A stretch of 62,744 nucleotides of DNA, filler included, from Asterionella formosa (GCA_002256025.1; 16 parts of 16 records of this genome joined end to end with filler, not necessarily neighbours in it), one strand, 5' to 3'; shown: positions 12,558 through 25,399, numbered from the whole stretch's first letter. Notes: generated by a model not told the origin, from the sequence alone. Translations and numbers: made by a program.

Positions 12558-13914
12558 TTTTACGGACTTAGATTTATTTGACTGCTAGGTAATATTTTGG
12601 TCTGACCGTTGGGAACCTGGAAATTCCAAGCAGAAAAGGGTCAGAGATGATAATTATTATTTTCTCGTTCTTGCTTGTTTCAATTACGGCTGCTTGGCAA
12701 CTAATTCTTTCAAAAACAGGAGATTGCTTTTCACTCGGAAATAAAGAAGCGAGCTCAACTTTCTTAGTTAATCAATGTCGAGCTTGGCATTGGTCGTAAG
12801 CATGAATTATAGTATTTTTTGTAATAAATTGTTGCTGCTGTTCGATTTGAGATCCGTTGTTGCGCAGACAGTTTGTTACTCCAACAGACAAACAAACAAG
12901 ATTACATCTAAGTAATACATAAAATATATCATCATTAATTATCATCGTCACCTTTTGCATACTGTGCTACATGGAGACAGACATACATCAACCCTCTTTG
13001 GGAATTTTTTTTAGAAAGAAATTATTATTTTTCTTGCATGACTTCGACACATTATGAAATGCTTGAATTTTGAGCAGGATGATTTTCAAGAAGCAAGGGC
13101 ACTTCTGCTAAACAAGGGATCAATGGCAAGTTTGTAGACAATGAGCAGGAAGAGATATCCACCATACTAGTAGCCAGTAGAGCATTTCCTCATCATTGAA
13201 AATATCTGAATCCATGCATTGAACCTGTAACTCACTCCCAGAGTAGTAGCTAGCCATTGAGTCCCTTTCAATATTGTAGTGTGTGAAGACAGATGGAATC
13301 TATCACATTGTTGCATTCAAACATAAGAATGTTGTAGTGATATTACTGATAATTTCAAACATGAAGAAGCAACAACAAAGCTCATTGCAATATTAAGACT
13401 ACTAATTGTACCCAGTTGGGCATGATACTACTCAACTAGTTGACAGATTTATCCAGGTAGCCTAGTACCGGTAGACTAGTCTATCCTTGCGTAAGAAAAA
13501 TATATCATATGACATGTATATGCAATATTAAGGACAGGAAAGTCTGTGACAACCATCATTGATTTGCAAAAACTAGTTCTAACTTTATTGTTGAACCTTG
13601 CCAACTCTCAACGAGTACTAGTTGATTTCAGCAAAAAGCAAAAACCTTGCAACGCACGAAGGAGTAATTGCTTTGTTTAGCAATAAGCAATTAGCTCGTT
13701 TCTAAGACATCGTGATTACATATGGCTTTTCATAGCATGGCCTTCTGCCAACAAGACTTGTGCCTCCCAAGTTTTGTTATCATAGGTGAGTCCCCAACAT
13801 CTTTCGCAAAAGGTGATTGGTATGGCCGCAACATTAGGGGAAACTCCGACCGCCTAGCAAGGCGGCACATACTGCTTGTGGGGAAAACCCACTTTTCCTG
13901 GCAAGACTGCGCAG

Positions 13915-14028
13915 GATTGTGAAAAGTGTGGGAGTCGAACCAACAATTGCTTCTCGAAAAAATCGAAAGCAACAAGCCACACAACTTCAGATCAAAGGTA
14001 GCATGCTCAACCAGATAAGCCATTCTCC
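13915..14028 (-). mobile_element. tRNA-like head of a putative SINE (family 2)
   Basis: Minus strand GGAGAA-TGGCTTATCTGG (A box)...GGTTCGACTCC (B box); related copy at 40375-40496. Confidence 0.45.
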
Positions 14029-14499
14029 TACTAAGTGTAATATTACATGGTCTTATAGACTTCACACCACTGTAGTAGTAGTCAAATATACCTAGTTTCA
14101 AAATATCATTTGCTCATTTCAAACTAGTACTTATGTAATAAAATTATTTATAAAGCATATTAAGACTACTCTAGGTTTGTTGGGGAACCCATGTAGCACT
14201 TGTGTTTCATACTTCTCAAATGGCATCATTGCAATCATCAATTTGATTTGAAATCAAATAAGTCCTTGGTAGGAATCGACAACGACAATAGGAGTAGAAG
14301 TACACAGCTCAGTATGATAGCTTTCAAAGAATTAATATGCAAGTTTGATGGCATAATTGGGTTTGAACTGCTGATTCAATGCAAGATGAGATAATGAGCA
14401 TGCCTTCGTTCTTGAAAATCAATTTGAACAGCAATATCACATCATGCTGGTAGACTGTACTGGTACCAGTATACGACCGCTGGTAAATGTACAGAGGCA

Positions 14500-14740
14500 G
14501 GGGAATGGCTTAGTGGTTAGTAGCACACACCTCATGAGGTGTGGTGGGTTTGATTCCTGCATTCTCCACCTGTCATTATTTTATGTAGTCCCTAGGGTTC
14601 TAGGGTGTGTGGCTGACAAAAAGACAGGTCTTGTTGGAACGTATGGATGAATAAAACTGGCACTAATTGTGTCCATTCAAGTGGGCACAAGTGCGATTAT
14701 TGGATAGCTAACATACTATAAGATTTAATTGACTATTTTT
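14500..14740 (+). mobile_element. Putative tRNA-derived SINE (family 1): pseudo-tRNA head 14500-14568 plus repeated 3' tail
   Basis: GGGGAA/TTCTCC acceptor-like stem, A box TGGCTTAGTGG, CACAC/GTGTG arm around CAT, T-arm GTGGG-TTTGATT-CCTGC. The tail 14610-14735 recurs at 24722-24850. Confidence 0.55.
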
Positions 14741-15376
14741 GGTATATGTGCAGAGGCAAGAAGAAGCAATATTTGATATCTTTTGTTTTTGATGCTGTAT
14801 CGAACATATTGGTAACATGCAACCATACAAGTATGTGAATATCACACCTGGCTCACTATTATGAGAGCGAATTGCAAGGACTCAAACCTAAAAGCAATTG
14901 CTCACACTTAATAGGAGTTTGTATAGTGAAGCGCAAATGTGCGTACAACCAAAAGCTCAGAGCAACAACAATGAGTGAACAGAGAATAATTGCAAAGAAT
15001 TCTCTGGTCACAAGAATGAAAAAATGTCAAATTGCAATTTACAATTGTAATTGGTTTTCAATCAAATGATCAGCCATACATAGCAATTTTTTATGTTACG
15101 ACGCCCGCCGGCTCAGTCGTGGCTTCGAAGCGCTGTATCAAACGATGGTGCAGTATTATCTTGGCCTTGCTTGGCGTAGGGGACTGTCACCTTTTTAGTG
15201 TAATGACGATTCTCATTTTGTCAGTATTGCCGACTGCCTACCGCTTCCTCCCTTTCTTGTGAAGCGGGAACAGCGTCATTGTTGTTATGCATTCACCACA
15301 CCCACGAATTGAAATCTTGTCATAAGGACACGATCAAAGTGACGCCAATTGTGTCAAGTGGGTCATATCAACAAAA

Positions 15377-15647
15377 ATGGAGGATCCGAAAATTCCTTGG
15401 ACTATCGCTGATCTTTCTTCCATTCCCTCTGCCAAGATGGGTGTTGTGTATCACGTCATGGGGACCCCATTCGACCTGTTTAATCCTACAGGAGCTGTTA
15501 TTGGCGGGTTACTGAGTTTTACAAGCTTTGGTAAGCGCGTTGGTGCAATTCCCATGATTGCCAATGGTGGTCTTTTGGCAGGTGGTGCAGGGATGTCACT
15601 TGGTTTGATGGCACTATATGGCGTGAGTCAAAAAGGCGAGCAAGCTT
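15377..15647 (+). CDS. Hypothetical membrane protein, N-terminal part (3'-truncated)
   Basis: ATG in an aaaaATGG context; two Gly-rich hydrophobic segments; open to contig end. Confidence 0.6.
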
Positions 15648-15747
15648 NNNNNNNNNNNNNNNNNNNNNNNNNNNNNNNNNNNNNNNNNNNNTTAATTAAT
15701 TAANNNNNNNNNNNNNNNNNNNNNNNNNNNNNNNNNNNNNNNNNNNN

Positions 15748-17889
15748 CTTTGCTTGACACCAGAGAGTATGAGGTCGAGTTCTTTGACGGACACTCAGAG
15801 GCATTGTATTCTAACCTTATTGCTCAGAGTTTGTTTTCACAGATAGACGAGGAGGGCGAACGACACGTACTTCTCGACGACATTATCGATCATAAGCGGA
15901 ATGCGACGGCACTCGACAAAGAGGACGCGTTCATCACAATGTCTAACGGTGTCAAGCGGCGGAGACAGACGACTCAAGGGTGGCAACTCCTGTGCCAATG
16001 GAGGGACGGGAGTACCACTTGGGTCGCACTTAAGGATATGAAGCAATCGTACCCCATACAGGTGGTGGAGTACTCAATTGCTAATCGTATTGATGACGAG
16101 GCAGCGTTCGCGTGGTGGGTGCCGACTCTTCTAAAGAAACGGGACCGAGTCCTAGCAAAGGTAAAGTCTAAGTATTGGCAGCGAACTCACAAATACGGTA
16201 TACGGATACCGAAGTCCGTCGAAGAGGCGTTAGCGATTGATAAAGCCAATGGCAACACATTATGGTGGGACGCCATCTGCAAGGAAATGAAAAACGTGCG
16301 ACCGGCATTTGAAAAGTGGGAAAAGCGAGAGGGAGACCTTCTGCCAGGGTACCAAAAGATAAGGTGTCATTTCGTGTTCGACATCAAAATGGGCGAAAAT
16401 TTTCGGCGTAAGGCGAGACTAGTTGCTGACGGAAGCCGGACGGAAACGCCCGCAGCCCTGACGTATTCGTCAGTTGTGTCGAGGGACTCAGTGCGCATTG
16501 CCTTATTGGTTGCTTCATTGAACGACTTACAACTTCTTGCTTGCGATATTCAAAACGCTTATCTAACTGCAGATTGCAGAGAGAAAATTTACATAATTGC
16601 AGGGCCGGAATTTGGGTCGGAAGCGGGAGCTACCATGGTGGTGAAGAAAGCGCTGTATGGGCTCAAATCTAGCGGTGCGGCATTCAGAGCGCATCTCGCA
16701 GAAACCCTCCATGATTTGGGTTACTTGCCCACGAAAGGGGACCCTGATGTATGGATTCAACCGGCCATAAAACCGGATGGGTTTGAGTACTACGAAATGA
16801 TTCTTGTATATGTTGATGACATTCTTTGCATTTCAGCGCAGCCTAGAGCGACTATGAGCGGGATACAGTCGACCTTCAGATTGAAGGACGATAAAGTCGA
16901 GAAGCCGGAAAATTACCTGGGAGCCCAGGTAATGCAGAAAATAGTCGGCGGAGTTGAGTGTTGGGCCATGACTTCCGAGCAGTATGTCAAGGCGGCCATC
17001 GCCAACGTAGAGTTCAAACTCGACGAGTCGGGTCAGCGGCTTCCAACGAGGTGCACTACCCCATTGCAGGGGAATTATAGACCGGAACTGGATATTTCTG
17101 CCGAACTCAAGATTGAAGGCGTGAGATACTACCAGGAATTGATCGGCATGCTCCGCTGGGCAGTGGAGCTTGGACGAATAGACATTGCTATGGAAGTTTC
17201 TATGTTATCTACTCACCTAGCTAGCGTTGCCAAGGAGCGGACACTTACAACAGGTATATCACATGTTCGGATATTTGAAAGCAAAACGCAAGAGGACGTT
17301 GATCTTTGATCCGACACACCCTGATATAAATGAGTCCAGGTTTGTTAAATGCGATTGGCACGACTATTACAGGGGAGCGCAGGAGTCTATTCCAGGGGAC
17401 GCACCCGAGCCTAGAGGTAATGTTGTAACTACTCACTGTTTTGTGGATGCGGATCATGCAGGGAATCGGGTGACGAGGCGCTCGCAGACTGGGATACTGA
17501 TTTTTGTGAATCGGGCTCCAATTATATGGTACAGTAAGCGACAGAACACTGTCGAGACATCGACGTTTGGTAGCGAATTTGTGGCTTTGAAGATCTCGGT
17601 CGAACTGATCGAGGCATTGAGGTATAAGCTGAGAATGTTTGGAATCCCAATCGATGGACCAACTAACGTTTTCTGCGACAACGAGGCGGTGACAAAGAAC
17701 ACGATTCATCCAGAATCGACTTTGAAAAAGAAACATAATGCGATAGCATATCACAGAGCGAGAGAAGCTGTGGCGGCAGATATGATTCGGGTAACGAAGG
17801 AAGATGGAAAGACTAATTTGGCTGATGTGCTGACGAAGCCATTACCCCAAATTACACGAGAGTATTTGTGCGACAAGTTCATGTATTGA
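15748..17889 (+). mobile_element. Ty1/Copia (CoDi-type) pol: chromo-like region, RT and RNase H; one frameshift near 17220
   Basis: RRKARLVA, DIQNAYL, KALYGLKSSG, YVDDIL, FVDADHAG, STFGSEFVA, FCDNEAV, NLADVLTKPL. Confidence 0.96.
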
Positions 17890-18056
17890 TGGCTGTTGGA
17901 TCACAGTGGGTCGAAGATTGAAGCCAAGGCTCATCGTGATGTCACAACCTATGACACCGGTTACCTCCTGGGCACACAATGACGTGTGGCACCAAATCCA
18001 GGTCGATGTTTAGTGATATATTTGTTTGGTTTCACCTCCCATGTATTCGAGGGGAC

Positions 18057-18320
18057 TGAAAGAATATTGCAGTGCAGTGTGGTACGTGGATGAACGTACC
18101 GTGTCATACGGTACAGGGGACTAATTAGTCGTTAGAGTGTTTTAGCGATAGTACAGCGTGCAAGCTTGGAGCAGCAAATGCGCTAGAACGGCGTAGGTTT
18201 ATATATCTTTAAGTCTATCTTTTCAACCTTTATCTTTCTTTCCTTGTGCACCATGTAAGTTGTTCTGCCGACAACACTAGCGTCTTTATTCGATATATCC
18301 ACATCGAAGTTATTACGACA
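18057..18320 (+). repeat. Probable 3' LTR of the Copia element
   Basis: Starts TG just after the polypurine tract GAGGGGA (18049-18055), contains TATATA, and ends CA where LINE coding sequence begins. No second LTR is available to confirm. Confidence 0.65.
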
Positions 18321-19196
18321 TGAGGTGCTCCATTATGCAGCTCCACATTTTCTATTGAACAATGCAATCAGATAGATAGATCATATCTTCCCACATTGTT
18401 ATCTTGCATGGGCTTCAACAAGACGACTAAGCGTTTACTATTTTTCTGACCTCCTGAGCTGGGAGCATATGGTTTCACAGACACATGGACCGATCAAGGA
18501 ATTGCGCAACTACTTCTAGGTCATCTGCGACAGGAAAATGAAATAGCTGAGGCTTTACATATTGTGATCAAGCATGTGCAACTACAGATGGGAGTAACAG
18601 GGAAACCATTTCAATTTCTGATTGCTCCTTTCTTGCGCTACATCGAACCAAATTGGGTTACAGCAGTTTGGCTATTCGTCGATCACATCCAGAGCACAGT
18701 GCACATCAAGAATGCTTGGGACTTGACTCCACAAAGACAAGGGGATCAATGTCTAATGAACATCTTTCAACTCCCGCAATTCAATATATACTCAAAGGAG
18801 ATGAAGCGGCTGAATGCTTGCAGATTATATTTACAGGTTGTAACAGTGGCAGATATCAGAGATGGTTCTGGTAGATTTGTTATTTCTCAGTACATGAAAG
18901 GTCATAAGTGCACAGACCGCACAAGTACCTGGGAGTGGCCATCTCAACATCGCCCGTCAGCAGTAGCATGGAACTTATGGAGAAAATCAATCACCAGATG
19001 TTTCTGCACCTCACTCGGATCTCTACGGCTGCTGCGCAACACATTAGGACCTTGGTATGACAATGCATGCCGCCATCAAACTTGGAAATTTCAAATGGAT
19101 ATGCTCACCATGAATTTAATTCAACAGCCAACTGTTGGAATATCGTCTGCAAATAAAAACTATCATGAATATAGGATCAAGGGTATTGTACGCTAA
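18321..19196 (+). mobile_element. Non-LTR retrotransposon (Ambal-like LINE) ORF2 remnant, post-RT region
   Basis: One frame with a stop at 18447: LPTLLSCMGFNK...F*PPELGAYG...DQGIAQLLLGHLR...QLQMG, RLNACRLYLQVVTVADI, WEWPSQHRP...WNLWRKSI, LGPW. I recognise these motifs from diatom LINEs. Confidence 0.75.
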
Positions 19197-19681
19197 GTGG
19201 CACAGGATTTTTACATATATGATAGTTTTTGGATCAAAAATATGATCAATGTATCATATAATCATGATCATGCAGTACACTTTTACCGAGCTTGAAGTAT
19301 GATGATACTATCATAGTTCTAATACCATTGCATCATATTATTACTTTAAAATGGTCCTATGATGTGTATACTTTTGTCATACATTGTACTGGTTGCCTTG
19401 CCGTCGTTCCCCTGCTTGCTTTGTTCCATTTACTCCTGACGGATCTGAGTTTGCATTCACGCATTTTCCTATTACTATTGAATCTGTTTCGTTGTTCCAA
19501 TCAGCCATACTAACAAAGAGAAGCAATTCATTGTTAGCTGTTCATGTTTTGCTTACACAACAACATGCATTTCGCTTCTATNNNNNNNNNNNNNNNNNNN
19601 NNNNNNNNNNNNNNNNNNNNNNNNNTTAATTAATTAANNNNNNNNNNNNNNNNNNNNNNNNNNNNNNNNNNNNNNNNNNNN

Positions 19682-19813
19682 GTTAAAACTTCACATGAAA
19701 CCGTTAAAAGTAATCTTTTTTACGTGAAGAGTGGCATTAATGCATGTGAAGTACCACATAATTAACACTCATACGTAGACGAAATTTCGAAAAGTGGCGT
19801 ATTTCGCGGCTTA
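19682..19813 (-). repeat. Harbinger-like terminal inverted repeat end with TAA target site
   Basis: Minus strand TAA|GCCGCGAAATACGCCACTTTTCGAAATTTCGTCTA, similar to the terminus at 45424. Confidence 0.5.
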
Positions 19814-19829
19814 GATGCAAGTCTATCAT

Positions 19830-20262
19830 AGATCGTTTATCTATTGGATTGTATTGAATTGGATCATCAATTCACTGGATGGCTTGGCTCATCGCTGACT
19901 TTAAAAAAATCTAATTTCAGATTTCAGATTGCAGATCAGAACCTTCATCAGTCGAACCGTCAACTGGACAGGCAGTCCGCAGTCGGCAGAGAACGGTGTG
20001 TCAAACAGTCATCGATCCCCAGGTCTTCCGTCGAGTCACACCCTCGTATTTGTTCTATTTCTGTCAATCGTTAGGCGATAAAAGAATATAGCGTCGATGT
20101 GGTAGACAAAGGACAGCGGTGAGGCCGTGAGGCTGTCGACAGAACCTCATGGAGTTTTAATTCAACAAGAACAGAAGTGTGTGTGATCTGGTCTGTAAGA
20201 TATGCATAAGAATACCGGTATGGGAATTCGAATGTCGTCCTGACGCTCCCCAGTCTGGTACC
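19830..20262 (+). repeat. Dispersed non-coding repeat of about 430 bp, copy 1
   Basis: Near-identical reverse complement at 47798-48220; more diverged copy at 49435-49735. Confidence 0.9.
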
Positions 20263-23200
20263 TGGTACCGTACCTGGTACAATACAAGTACAAGTACATA
20301 CCAGGTACCGGTACCGTCATGTACATTCCTCTGTACTCTGTACAAGGGTGGTACTGGTACATGCAAAATATTCAAGCCCCACTGCAGGGAACCTTTTACG
20401 ACCGTAGTGAAAGCTAATGTACTACCGGTAGTAGCAGTCAACTAGCACTGTGTACAAAGGTAGACTACAAGGTACTGGTAGTACCAGTAATCTAGCGAAA
20501 TAGAATTTGTATGGATGTATGTATAACCGATATATCTGATAGCTAGCTAGTATAGGTGATGATAATAAAATTGCTTACTGCCATGCCTATGTATGTTCAC
20601 TGCCTGTTAATTTACAAGCGGAATTAAAGTGCTGAAGCCAAGGCATATCCTGATGCTCTATTGGAAAAACTTGATGATGCTGGTGGCAACAAGTGCCAAT
20701 GCTGAAGGAGGTCTTGGCATGACATTGCTCTGCTGCATTGGACTTGAGCCAATTGAGTGGAATTGCCGAGGAGGTTGTGATTGCAGGAACAATTCATGTC
20801 GCTTGCTTTTGCACCTTGATTCTACAGTGGCTGCTATTGATTTGAAATGCTGAATATGTAGAATGCAGAAACTCCTCTGCTTATTTGATGGAGGAGAATT
20901 GTCCTGAAGTTCCCCTGCTAGCTAGCTAATTCGAGTGGAAGGTAGCTAAATTAAATGGCTGGGGTACTTGGCACTTCTTACTATCCTTGCTTCTGAAAAG
21001 TCGACATTTGCATAGTAATGTGGGGTTGCTGCAGTTGACCGTGTTGCTGTCGTTTGTGCATCCAAACATGCAAAGGATGCATTGACAATGACAAAACAAA
21101 GCCAGTTTTTTCAGTGCCTTGATGTGCCACCTTGCTTGTTAGGCAGCAGGCCACACAGAGAAGCAAGATATGTATTTGCCACATTGCAAGTGATGACTTC
21201 AGAACTATGTTGGATAGATTGAGTTTATCATTTCCGCCTCTTTCTTCATTGGCCTTGCTTGTTACAAATTTTAACTTGAAGAAAAGTGAAGTCTTTATTC
21301 AGTCCAAATGATGAGCGATACAATGCAAAACCCTTTTTGGAAAAACTTCGAAAACTTTCGACAGGAAATTGGTGCCATCACCACAATTGATTCTGAAGAA
21401 AAAGAAAGCAATGATGAGCGATGTGGAGGACAAAACTTTGGCTTGCTTGTTGCTACATCGTCTCATGATTGTAGAATATTGAAAAATCTACTAGCTAGTA
21501 GTAGTATATATAATATTTATATTTTAGTGTTAATGATAGTCAATGTATTGTTATTTCCAGGAAACTAAACTTGTAGAAGTGGATGGGCTGGTGCCCACCA
21601 TTGTTGTGACGATCTGCCCTTCATCATTTGGTTGATTAGTAGCTAGCTATCTGGAAGACTGTTTTGTCAACACCATAGTATGCTTCACTCATAAATGCGG
21701 TCAATGGCTACATGAGCAGTATAGCTACCAGCTCAAATTAAGCATACCACTGCTTCCTACAAGACCTTGCGCCAAGTAGCAACAATAGAGGCACTTTACA
21801 CGCCCAACCCCCCCTTCAACCCTTGTAAATAGCAGCCTAACATGCTTGCTTTCGACTACCAATTCCCACTTCAAACTCCTGTCAGAGTCCCTGTCAGATT
21901 ACAAAGAGTGTCGTTGGGGTCTTACTAAGCAAGAAGACTGCCATGGTGGTATTCTGGCTCCACAACCAGCCTGCCATTACACCCACGTCAAATCCAAAGT
22001 CATTTTCATGTTGTTTTTCATTGTCGTTTTGATTGTTTCTTATTCACTCTTGGAGCCTGAAATTAAATTCGAAATTTCCATCATTGAAAGTTGGGGTCAC
22101 AGCTGCAGGGGCGACCTTGAGACCATCAACTTTAAACCTTTGCCCTGCCTGACATTCTTGTAAGGCGCGCAATTGCGACTTTAACTTGTATTCAACTTTG
22201 TCATCCCCTTTTGCATAGCTGACTTGAGTACCAGAAAAGCCCAGCCACTAGCTATTTGCGCCAGCCTGCCTGCATCCATCTCTTTCATGTCGCTCTCGTT
22301 GTGTTTGCTTCTGCAGTGAATACAGCCCAAGTAGCTACTACCTCATTCCTCTGCTGACCAGCTAGTCGTCTCTTGTTGTTCCTCTTGTGGTACCACCTGC
22401 TTGCATACACCAGCACCCACTACTACCAGCACCTTGATCGAGATCCACACCAATTTCGTCAATATACACCTCACCTTCTGCACCAGTAATAATAATAGGA
22501 AATTTCTCCACTGGAGTGGCAGCTGCTGGAAGGCGACGCACAAATACAGTGGACAGAGCGAGCGTTGGAAAAGAGTTCCTTGCGAAGACAGGTTACAGTG
22601 AGGACTGTATGTTTGCCCTCGATCGGCGTCAAGAGCGGATGAGGGAATGGGAAAACAGCGGAAACAATTGTAGTCGTCATGATGGAAGAAGGTCCAAGAG
22701 ACAGGGACAGCGAACGGGCAAGCGGTGCTGTATGGTTGATTGTTGAGAACAGTGCTGGTTTGCACCGCCGACAAGAGCCGCAATGTCACAGGTGCGGACA
22801 ACATTTTTCTTATCAAGTCCTATGCATTATAAGCAGCCACGAAGTAGGGTATGATCTTGTACCTGGTAGACTACAGGCTTTGCCAGGTACGGCAGGCGAT
22901 GATTTTGTGCATGCATGTGGTAGAGATATTGTCTTACCAGTAGGCCTTGTTTCATTTTTCGAATGTTGATCCTCGCACTCATCAGCCATGGATAAAACTA
23001 TGATACCGGCAGGTAACTTGACTTACTTTTTCTTAAAATGGAGCAGACTACCGGTACCGGTAGCAGTAGCAGTACCGGTTTTCTAGGTCTATTCTAGGTA
23101 CTTACTAAAAGTGCTACCGGTGTATATCACAATTACCCGTACTCGGAGTAGGTTGTCTACCGGTATTTTGTAACACGGCTCCTTGTTGGGGGTGGTGCAC

Positions 23201-24721
23201 AACACACAACACACATCCCAATTACATAGCCTACCGGTACCGGTACCAGTAGTTCGAAGCTCATTAAAATCTGGATAAAACCAGAGTTAGGTATTTTTAA
23301 TCTGGGTGCCGATATTGAGACGACTCTTCCATAAATGCGCTTTTCTACAAATCTCTGCGACATAAATAAAATAAGCATACATGTACCGGGAACGTAGTCG
23401 TAAAAAATTAAACTCCCAGTTAAACCCGTAGTGGAAGCTAGGACTAGTAGTTTACTACTACTCCAGGACAGTGCACAAAGCTATTCTTTGCGACAATACC
23501 GGTTGTGGTACCANNNNNNNNNNNNNNNNNNNNNNNNNNNNNNNNNNNNNNNNNNNNTTAATTAATTAANNNNNNNNNNNNNNNNNNNNNNNNNNNNNNN
23601 NNNNNNNNNNNNNACTATTTAAATATAGTCAAATAGTCTCAACTTGAAGCAAAACAAGTTTAAGCTCAACAACTTGAAGCAAAATTTTGTTTATATGTAC
23701 ATAGCTGCCTACTGTAAAACCCGATGTCATGTATCCTCCCATAGTCATGTACACCTTTGTACATCTGATGCAACACTCCCAAATATTTTATGTGTACAGA
23801 AAAATAACAGCATATTATTGTATTCTTACTATTTTTAATACTAAATTTATACTATTATTGTATTCTTGCTTAGTGGTCGCCATCATGAAACAAAAATCAA
23901 CAACAACACCAGCGATGCCAATGACATTTGCGATGGTAATATCCTTGGCCTGAGATCTATTTCAACAGTTGAAGCTGCAAGTTGCAAGCTTGCTGTGGCG
24001 CAATTGTCAAGCTGAATACTACAGGCTCAGAAAGTGCTGGCATTTATGATGTTTTCTGCTTACCAGATGCGTTCATAGAATCATTTCGTCTGCTGCATCG
24101 TCATGATGCAGAAATATATTGTGCATGTCATAACTCCGGTCCAATAATCATATAAGTGATGAGGTTGGCTTATATCAATATCCATCACGATCCAAGTTGT
24201 AGAAAGTACACAAATTAATACCATTGTAGGATTAGGTGCAAACGTGTACACATTCTAGGAATTACTGCTGATGCCATCACAAACCTTGGGTGCGCCTGCG
24301 CACCAAAAATAGAAATTGTATTGATCATAAAAACCCTTTGAACCTACAACAATATATCTTTTAATGTTGCTATTAATCTTTTAGACCTTTGAGAAAATGG
24401 TGGTGAAGTTGGTTTGCTTTCATAATGTTCTTTGGCGATCAAAAAAGGGCCATTGTCTTGCCAAGTAAAATCAATCGTGGCTGTCTAAATAGGGAGGTAC
24501 AAGAAACCAGGTTTTACGGTATGTCAATACAGAAGGAGAGTGACTGCATTACCGGCATCGGTCTCCTGGTTGTACATATATCAACTATGTGCTGGTCATA
24601 CCAGTTCACGACTGTCGCATTTCACAATGGTGTACTAAATTCCTGTCGGCACTCAAATGTAAATATGGTGTATGAAGGGGCTACCGCACATTACTATGGG
24701 GCATTACCGGTAGTTTCGACA

Positions 24722-24852
24722 GCGGCTGACAAAGAGACAGTTCCTGTTGTACCATATGGACGAATAAAACCGGTACTAATTGTTTCCATTCAAGTGGGCA
24801 CGAGTGCGATTATTGGATAGCTTCAACATACTATAACAATTTAATTAACTTA
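24722..24852 (+). repeat. 3' tail shared with the SINE-like element at 14500
   Basis: GGCTGACAAA...GAATAAAAC...TCCATTCAAGTGGGCAC(A/G)AGTGCGATTATTGGATAGCT...TTTAATT in both copies. Confidence 0.85.
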
Positions 24853-24854
24853 AT

Positions 24855-25215
24855 AAAATTGTTGTTTACTGTACTTTGGTGTCTTGGGACCAGGAAATAT
24901 CCAGATCAGAAGCCATTTGAAAGAACACAGCTTTTTCAAATTATATCCAACCTTTGTTGAGGACAAAACATAGTAGGTGACGCTGCTTACATAGTATTGA
25001 CTGATCAAGTCCTCTGTCCCTTTGCTGGAAGTCAAAGAGAATGATAAAACAACAAGTATGCCTATAACTTTTTCCTTTCGCAAGTATTTCTTAGAATTGT
25101 GATGACGTTTACATTGCTCACCAAAAAATGTAGGATCCTAATCACATCCTTTTCCTTCCTCCTGGAGAGATCGGTTGGTATTCTTTCGGCTTGTGCCCGC
25201 TTACATATGGCATCA
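24855..25215 (+). pseudogene. PIF/Harbinger (DDE_Tnp_4) transposase C-terminal remnant
   Basis: Manual translation across frameshifts and stops: YFGVLGPG, IVGDAAY, LTDQVLCPFAGSQR, AYNFFLSQVFLRI, KKCRIL, ACARLH. Not shown in the ORF track. Confidence 0.75.
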
Positions 25216-25399
25216 TTTGATTTTTCAGACCATGAAAGTATCTGAAAATAAATGAAGCTCCTGAATTCGTCAACATCAACAACGAAGTCTCCTCGTCTAC
25301 TATCAAAGAAACTTTCTGCCACCCGATAAGATATTTCCAAAGATTCTAGTTCAACTATCTTCTTCCCAATTGTCTGCTTCTTCATCTCCTGTCCCTGTC

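Noticed and set aside
14500..14568. Functional tRNA-Met gene
   Set aside because: 8-nt anticodon loop, no variable region, TTTGA instead of TTCGA and a weak T-stem; treated as a SINE head or pseudogene.
20580..22970. Short ORFs in contig 6
   Set aside because: Coding-like composition but broken on both strands, with no motif I can assign.
24850..25385. Minus-strand ORFs of 107 and 77 aa
   Set aside because: Antisense shadows of the plus-strand Harbinger remnant.
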